Source: a virus
Taxonomy: Duplodnaviria; Heunggongvirae; Uroviricota; Caudoviricetes
DNA length: 11,335 bases
Strand: one strand, 5' to 3'
IMG/VR virus record: IMGVR_UViG_3300015174_000004
Coordinates: 1 to 11,335 of that record
Below, one piece after another: positions 7,669 to 11,335 of the stretch (within the stretch, counting starts at the first letter, position 1; each line of letters begins with the position of its first letter). The notes under the pieces were generated by a model, which was not told where the DNA came from, ran no database searches, and was given only the letters and a program-made list of their open reading frames with translations. The position numbers were made by a program, and so were the translations under genes.

Positions 7669-10041
7669 ATGGCAGTACAGATTTCAGGTGTGCTGAAAGA
7701 TGGTGCGGGAAAACCAATACAGAACTGCACTATTCAACTGAAGGCAAAGCGTAACAGCACCACGGTACTGGTGAACACGGTGGCCTCTGAAAATCCGGAT
7801 GAAGCCGGGCGTTACAGCATGGATGTTGAGTATGGCCAGTACAGCGTTATCCTGCTGGTTGAAGGTTTTCCGCCTTCACATGCCGGAACCATTACCGTCT
7901 ATGAAGGTTCCAGACCAGGTACGCTGAATGATTTTCTCGGTGCCATGACGGAAGATGATGTCATGCCGGAGGCATTGCGTCGTTTTGAGGCAATGGTGGA
8001 AGAAGCGGCACGCAACGCTGAAGCCGCCTTTCAGAGCGCAGCGGCGGCAAAGAAATCCGAAGCTGCTGCGGCATCATCGAAGAACGCGGCGAAAAGCTCA
8101 GAAACGAATGCAGCTAACAGCGCACAGGCGGCAGCGGCCTCACAGACTGCATCGGCAAACTCCGCGACAGCAGCCCAAAAATCAGAAGCCAACGCGAAAA
8201 ATAGCGAAACAGCCGCAAAGACGAGCGAAACCAACGCGAAGTCCAGCCAGACGGCAGCGAAAACCAGCGAAACGAATGCCAAAGTCAGTGAAACTGCAGC
8301 GAAAAACAGCCAGGCTGCAGCAGCTGAAAGCGAGAGCGCAGCAGCCGGTTCTGCGACTTCAGCAGCTGGATTAGCAACTGCTGCGGCTAACAGCCAGAAA
8401 GCTGCGAAGGCGAGCGAAACTAACGCAAAGTCCAGCCAGACGGCAGCGAAGACCAGCGAAACGAATGCCAAAGCCAGCGAAACTGCGGCGAAAAGCAGTC
8501 AGGATGCAGCAGCCGAAAGCGAGAGTGCTGCAGCTGGTTCTGCAAGCGCGGCGGCTGCTTCTGCCACTGCATCAGCTAACAGTCAAAAAGCAGCAAAAAC
8601 CAGTGAAACCAACGCAAAGGTGAGCGAAACAGCGGCTGCGAACTCAGCGAAAGCATCGGCAGCAAGCCAGACGGCAGCTAAAGCAAGCGAAGATGCAGCC
8701 AGAGAGTACGCAAGCCAGGCTGCGGAGCCGTATAAATATGTCTTACAGCCGCTGCCTGATGTGTGGATACCATTTAACGATTCGCTGGATATGATTACGG
8801 GCTTTTCGCCGTCATATAAAAAGATTGTTATTGGTGATGATGAAATAACGATGCCTGGCGACAAGGTTGTTAAGTTTAAACGCGCATCGAAAGCAACCTA
8901 TATTAATAAATCTGGTGTGCTGACAGAGGCTGCCATTGACGAGCCACGGTTTGAACGTGATGGCCTGCTTATTGAGGGGCAAAGAACGAACTACATGCTC
9001 AATTCGGAAAGCCCTGCCAGTTGGGGGCGATCGTCAAATATGGATGTGCCCGAAACCGGGACGGATAGTTTTGGTTTTACCTATGGAAAGTTTGTCTGTA
9101 ACGATTCTCTGATTGGGCAAACCTCAGCCATTAATATGGCATCAATTGCTGCAACAAAGTCAGTTGATGTCTCAGGCGATAATAAACACGTGACAACCTC
9201 ATGTCGTTTTAAAACAGAACTGCAGGTAAGGTTGCGTATCCGGTTTGATAAATATGACGGTAGCGCAACAACTTTTCTTGGTGATGCGTATATTGATACA
9301 CAAACGCTTGAAATTAATATGACAGGCGGTGCTGCCTCAAGGATTACAGCGAGAGTCAGAAAGGACGAAGCTACCGGATGGATTTTTGCAGAGGCAACAA
9401 TTCAGGCAATTGATGGGGAGTTAAAAATAGGTTCTCAGATACAGTATTCTCCTAAGCAGGGCGGGGCAACCGTATCTGGTGACTATATTTATCTGGCCAC
9501 CCCACAAGTAGAAAATGGGCCTTGTGTATCATCTTTTATTATATCAGGAACGACGGCGGCGACCCGCGCAAGCGATATAGTTACAGTTCCAATTAAGAAT
9601 AATCTTTATAATCTTCCTTTTACGGTTCTTTGTGAGGTACATAAGAACTGGTATAAAACGCCAAATGCAGCGCCGCGTGTTTTTGACACCGGCGGTCATC
9701 AAACCGGAGCGGCTATTATTCTTGGCTTCGGTTCTTCAGCAGATTACGACGGATTTCCTTATTGCGATATTGGAGGAGCTAACAGACGGGTAAACGAAAA
9801 CGCATCGCTTGAAAAAATGGTTATGGGGATGCGTGTAAAGTCAGATCAGTCTACGTGCTCAGCAAGTAACGGGCGTATATCCAGCGAAACAAAAACCACA
9901 TGGTCCTGTATTCAGAACACCGCAATTATCCGTATTGGAGGCCAGACTACAGCCGGGTTACGTCATTTATTTGGTCATGTCAGGAATTTCAGAATATGGC
10001 ACAAGGCATTGACTGATGCTCAGGTGGGGGAGTCAATCTAA
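7669..10041 (+). CDS. stf: Side tail fiber protein: Stf-like N-terminus, Ala/Ser/Thr-rich repeat shaft, and a C-terminal domain with a LamG/concanavalin-like signature
   Basis: The ATG at 7669 is preceded by GGAG (7660-7663). The N-terminus (MAVQISGVLKDGAGKPIQNCTIQLKAKRNSTTV...GRYSMDVEYGQYSVIL) resembles lambda Stf. The middle is built from 7-aa repeats. The C-terminus ends in ...LFGHVRNFRIWHKALTDAQVGESI, which looks like the terminal strand of a LamG-like jelly-roll; this is a motif-level inference. The six-frame track starts at GTG 7663, but the ATG at 7669 is more likely. Confidence 0.85.
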   Translation: MAVQISGVLKDGAGKPIQNCTIQLKAKRNSTTVLVNTVASENPDEAGRYSMDVEYGQYSVILLVEGFPPSHAGTITVYEGSRPGTLNDFLGAMTEDDVMPEALRRFEAMVEEAARNAEAAFQSAAAAKKSEAAAASSKNAAKSSETNAANSAQAAAASQTASANSATAAQKSEANAKNSETAAKTSETNAKSSQTAAKTSETNAKVSETAAKNSQAAAAESESAAAGSATSAAGLATAAANSQKAAKASETNAKSSQTAAKTSETNAKASETAAKSSQDAAAESESAAAGSASAAAASATASANSQKAAKTSETNAKVSETAAANSAKASAASQTAAKASEDAAREYASQAAEPYKYVLQPLPDVWIPFNDSLDMITGFSPSYKKIVIGDDEITMPGDKVVKFKRASKATYINKSGVLTEAAIDEPRFERDGLLIEGQRTNYMLNSESPASWGRSSNMDVPETGTDSFGFTYGKFVCNDSLIGQTSAINMASIAATKSVDVSGDNKHVTTSCRFKTELQVRLRIRFDKYDGSATTFLGDAYIDTQTLEINMTGGAASRITARVRKDEATGWIFAEATIQAIDGELKIGSQIQYSPKQGGATVSGDYIYLATPQVENGPCVSSFIISGTTAATRASDIVTVPIKNNLYNLPFTVLCEVHKNWYKTPNAAPRVFDTGGHQTGAAIILGFGSSADYDGFPYCDIGGANRRVNENASLEKMVMGMRVKSDQSTCSASNGRISSETKTTWSCIQNTAIIRIGGQTTAGLRHLFGHVRNFRIWHKALTDAQVGESI
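8221..8598 (+). repeat. Two tandem 189-bp (63-aa) imperfect direct repeats inside stf, each built from nine 21-bp (7-aa) sub-repeats; degenerate copies extend from about 8040 to 8700
   Basis: Unit 1 (8221-8409) encodes TSETNAKSSQTAAKTSETNAKVSETAAKNSQAAAAESESAAAGSATSAAGLATAAANSQKAAK. Unit 2 (8410-8598) encodes ASETNAKSSQTAAKTSETNAKASETAAKSSQDAAAESESAAAGSASAAAASATASANSQKAAK. A third, partial unit starts at 8599. Confidence 0.8.
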
Positions 10042-10322
10042 TGAAAGATTTAACACTCAAATTTGAAGACAGGGCCGACTTTTCGGCCTTTATGGAGAGT
10101 ATTGGCTATTATGATGACGAGTCGATGCAGGATGATATTCTTATCGACGTGATAGGTAACGCGTACAAAGAAACCGGAGAACTGACTGAAGATGGCGAAC
10201 CGGTATGTGTTAAGGAAGACGGATATTTTGTAAACGTGCGCATCATTAATGATTCGCAAATATCGTCATTATTCGATGAGTACGTGGTTGCTGTTGAGCA
10301 TCAACTTCGTGGCTGGATGTGA
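10041..10322 (+). CDS. Hypothetical small, highly acidic protein (93 aa) of unknown function, translationally coupled to both neighbours
   Basis: Its ATG overlaps the stf stop as TAATG (10039-10043). Its TGA stop (10320-10322) lies inside the Shine-Dalgarno sequence (GAGGAAG) of the next gene. It has roughly 22 Asp/Glu against about 8 basic residues. I recognise no homologue. Confidence 0.55.
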   Translation: MKDLTLKFEDRADFSAFMESIGYYDDESMQDDILIDVIGNAYKETGELTEDGEPVCVKEDGYFVNVRIINDSQISSLFDEYVVAVEHQLRGWM

Positions 10323-10331
10323 GGAAGAAAA

Positions 10332-11268
10332 ATGGCTACATCGACAGTAATTCCTGATGACATCAAAACGCTAAAATCCGACGTTAGCAAATTAAAAAAC
10401 GATCAAGGAAGCTACGCAACAAAATTATATGTAGACAGCAAAGATGAAATCGTTGGTGACTGGTCTGCTTCATGGTATCAGCAGGTATTGCCAACTAGCG
10501 GAGCTATATTTGGGAGAAAACTCCGCTCAACTCACAGGACGGCAGGTGTTGAGGATGCGTATTGCGAACTATACCTCAAAAAATGGATAGACAGTCCAGG
10601 TAACGCAATGGCGCGCCTTAACCTGAACGATAACGGGACAAACATTTGCTGGGACTTTACCAACCTTTATGGCGGTACGATGATTTTTCCCGGTGACAGC
10701 GGATACCTCAAAATGGGTAACTGCCTTATGTCATACAGCAAGCGTGGAAGTAACGCGCTTATTAAATTTGATTACACCGACACATTACAGATCAAATATG
10801 CCAATCATGGGTCAACCATTACATTAAACACACAGGTAACCGCTTATGCTGGTGTTACTGCTCAATTGTGGGGCAACTCCAGCCGTCCTGTTGTTTATGA
10901 AGTCGGTGTTGATGGTGGCGCTTATATGTTCTATGCGCAGAAAAATACCGATAACACCTATATGTTAAGCGTTAATGGTGCATGTCATGCCACAGCATTT
11001 AACCAGCATTCAGACCGGGATCTGAAAGACAACATTCAGGTGATCGATAAAGCAACCGACCACATCCGTAAAATGAACGGCTATACATACACGCTTAAAG
11101 AAAACGGTATGCCCTATGCTGGTGTCATTGCACAGGAAGCTCTGGAAGCAATCCCAGAAGTTGTAGGTTCCGCAATGAAATATCAGGACGGTGCAAGCGG
11201 ATCGGAAGGTGAAGAAGGTGAACGTTATTACACAGTAGATTATTCTGGTGTTACTGGCTTGCTTGTTC
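10332..11268 (+). CDS. Short tail fiber / receptor-binding-like protein with a C-terminal intramolecular chaperone (peptidase S74-like) domain; 3'-truncated at the end of native sequence
   Basis: The ATG at 10332 follows GAGGAAG. The C-terminal region (HSDRDLKDNIQVIDKATDHIRKMNGYTYTL...YAGVIAQEALEAIPEVV) matches the hallmark of endosialidase/T5 pb1-type self-cleaving chaperone domains. It has a Ser-x4-Lys pair (S227 at 11010-11012, K232 at 11025-11027). The apparent end of the ORF (IGRASCRERV, stop at 11301-11303) is encoded by adapter sequence, so the true C-terminus is missing. Confidence 0.7.
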
Positions 11269-11335
11269 AGATCGGAAGAGCGTCGTGTAGGGAAAGAGTG
11301 TAGATCTCGGTGGTCGCCGTATCATTAAAAAAAAA
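11269..11335 (+). other. Non-biological sequence: Illumina TruSeq adapter read-through (11269-11326) followed by a 9-nt poly-A (11327-11335)
   Basis: The 58 nt AGATCGGAAGAGCGTCGTGTAGGGAAAGAGTGTAGATCTCGGTGGTCGCCGTATCATT is the standard Illumina adapter-trimming sequence, which is the reverse complement of the universal P5 adapter. It is followed by nine A's at the contig terminus. Confidence 0.92.

Noticed and set aside
8031-8471. A 146-aa hydrophobic minus-strand ORF that looks like a membrane protein (runs of A/F/L/V), and a basic 139-aa plus-strand ORF in an alternative frame (7955-8374)
   Set aside because: Both lie inside the stf repeat region. Their odd compositions are what one gets from reading GCN/AGC/ACN-rich repeat DNA in the wrong frame or strand.
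8040-8700. Possible CRISPR array or diversity-generating retroelement target, given the regular repeats in a fiber gene
   Set aside because: The repeats are in frame, coding and contiguous with no unique spacers. There is no cas gene, reverse transcriptase or template repeat in the window. They are structural shaft repeats.
11269-11303. The C-terminus (IGRASCRERV) and TAG stop of the last ORF as real coding sequence
   Set aside because: These codons are encoded by the Illumina adapter, so the real gene is truncated at about 11268.

Overview
This window is the distal tail-morphogenesis region of a lambda-like (lambdoid) siphovirus or prophage, all on the + strand. Gene order is: tape measure protein (5'-partial, with an in-frame TAG at 1075-1077), then M, L, K, I and J homologues, an intrinsic terminator, a Stf-like side tail fiber, a 93-aa acidic ORF, and a short fiber-like protein with a C-terminal self-cleaving chaperone domain. 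The most interesting part is the last three genes (7669-11268), which are translationally coupled and lack a lom or tfa gene. Two caveats stand out: the tape measure gene is interrupted by a single amber codon, and the last 67 nt (11269-11335) are an Illumina adapter plus poly-A, not biology. Base composition is mosaic (AT-rich tape-measure/M, GC-rich L-K-I-J, AT-richer J 3' end and fiber genes). All homology statements are from reading the translations and recalling lambda proteins from memory; no database search was run.
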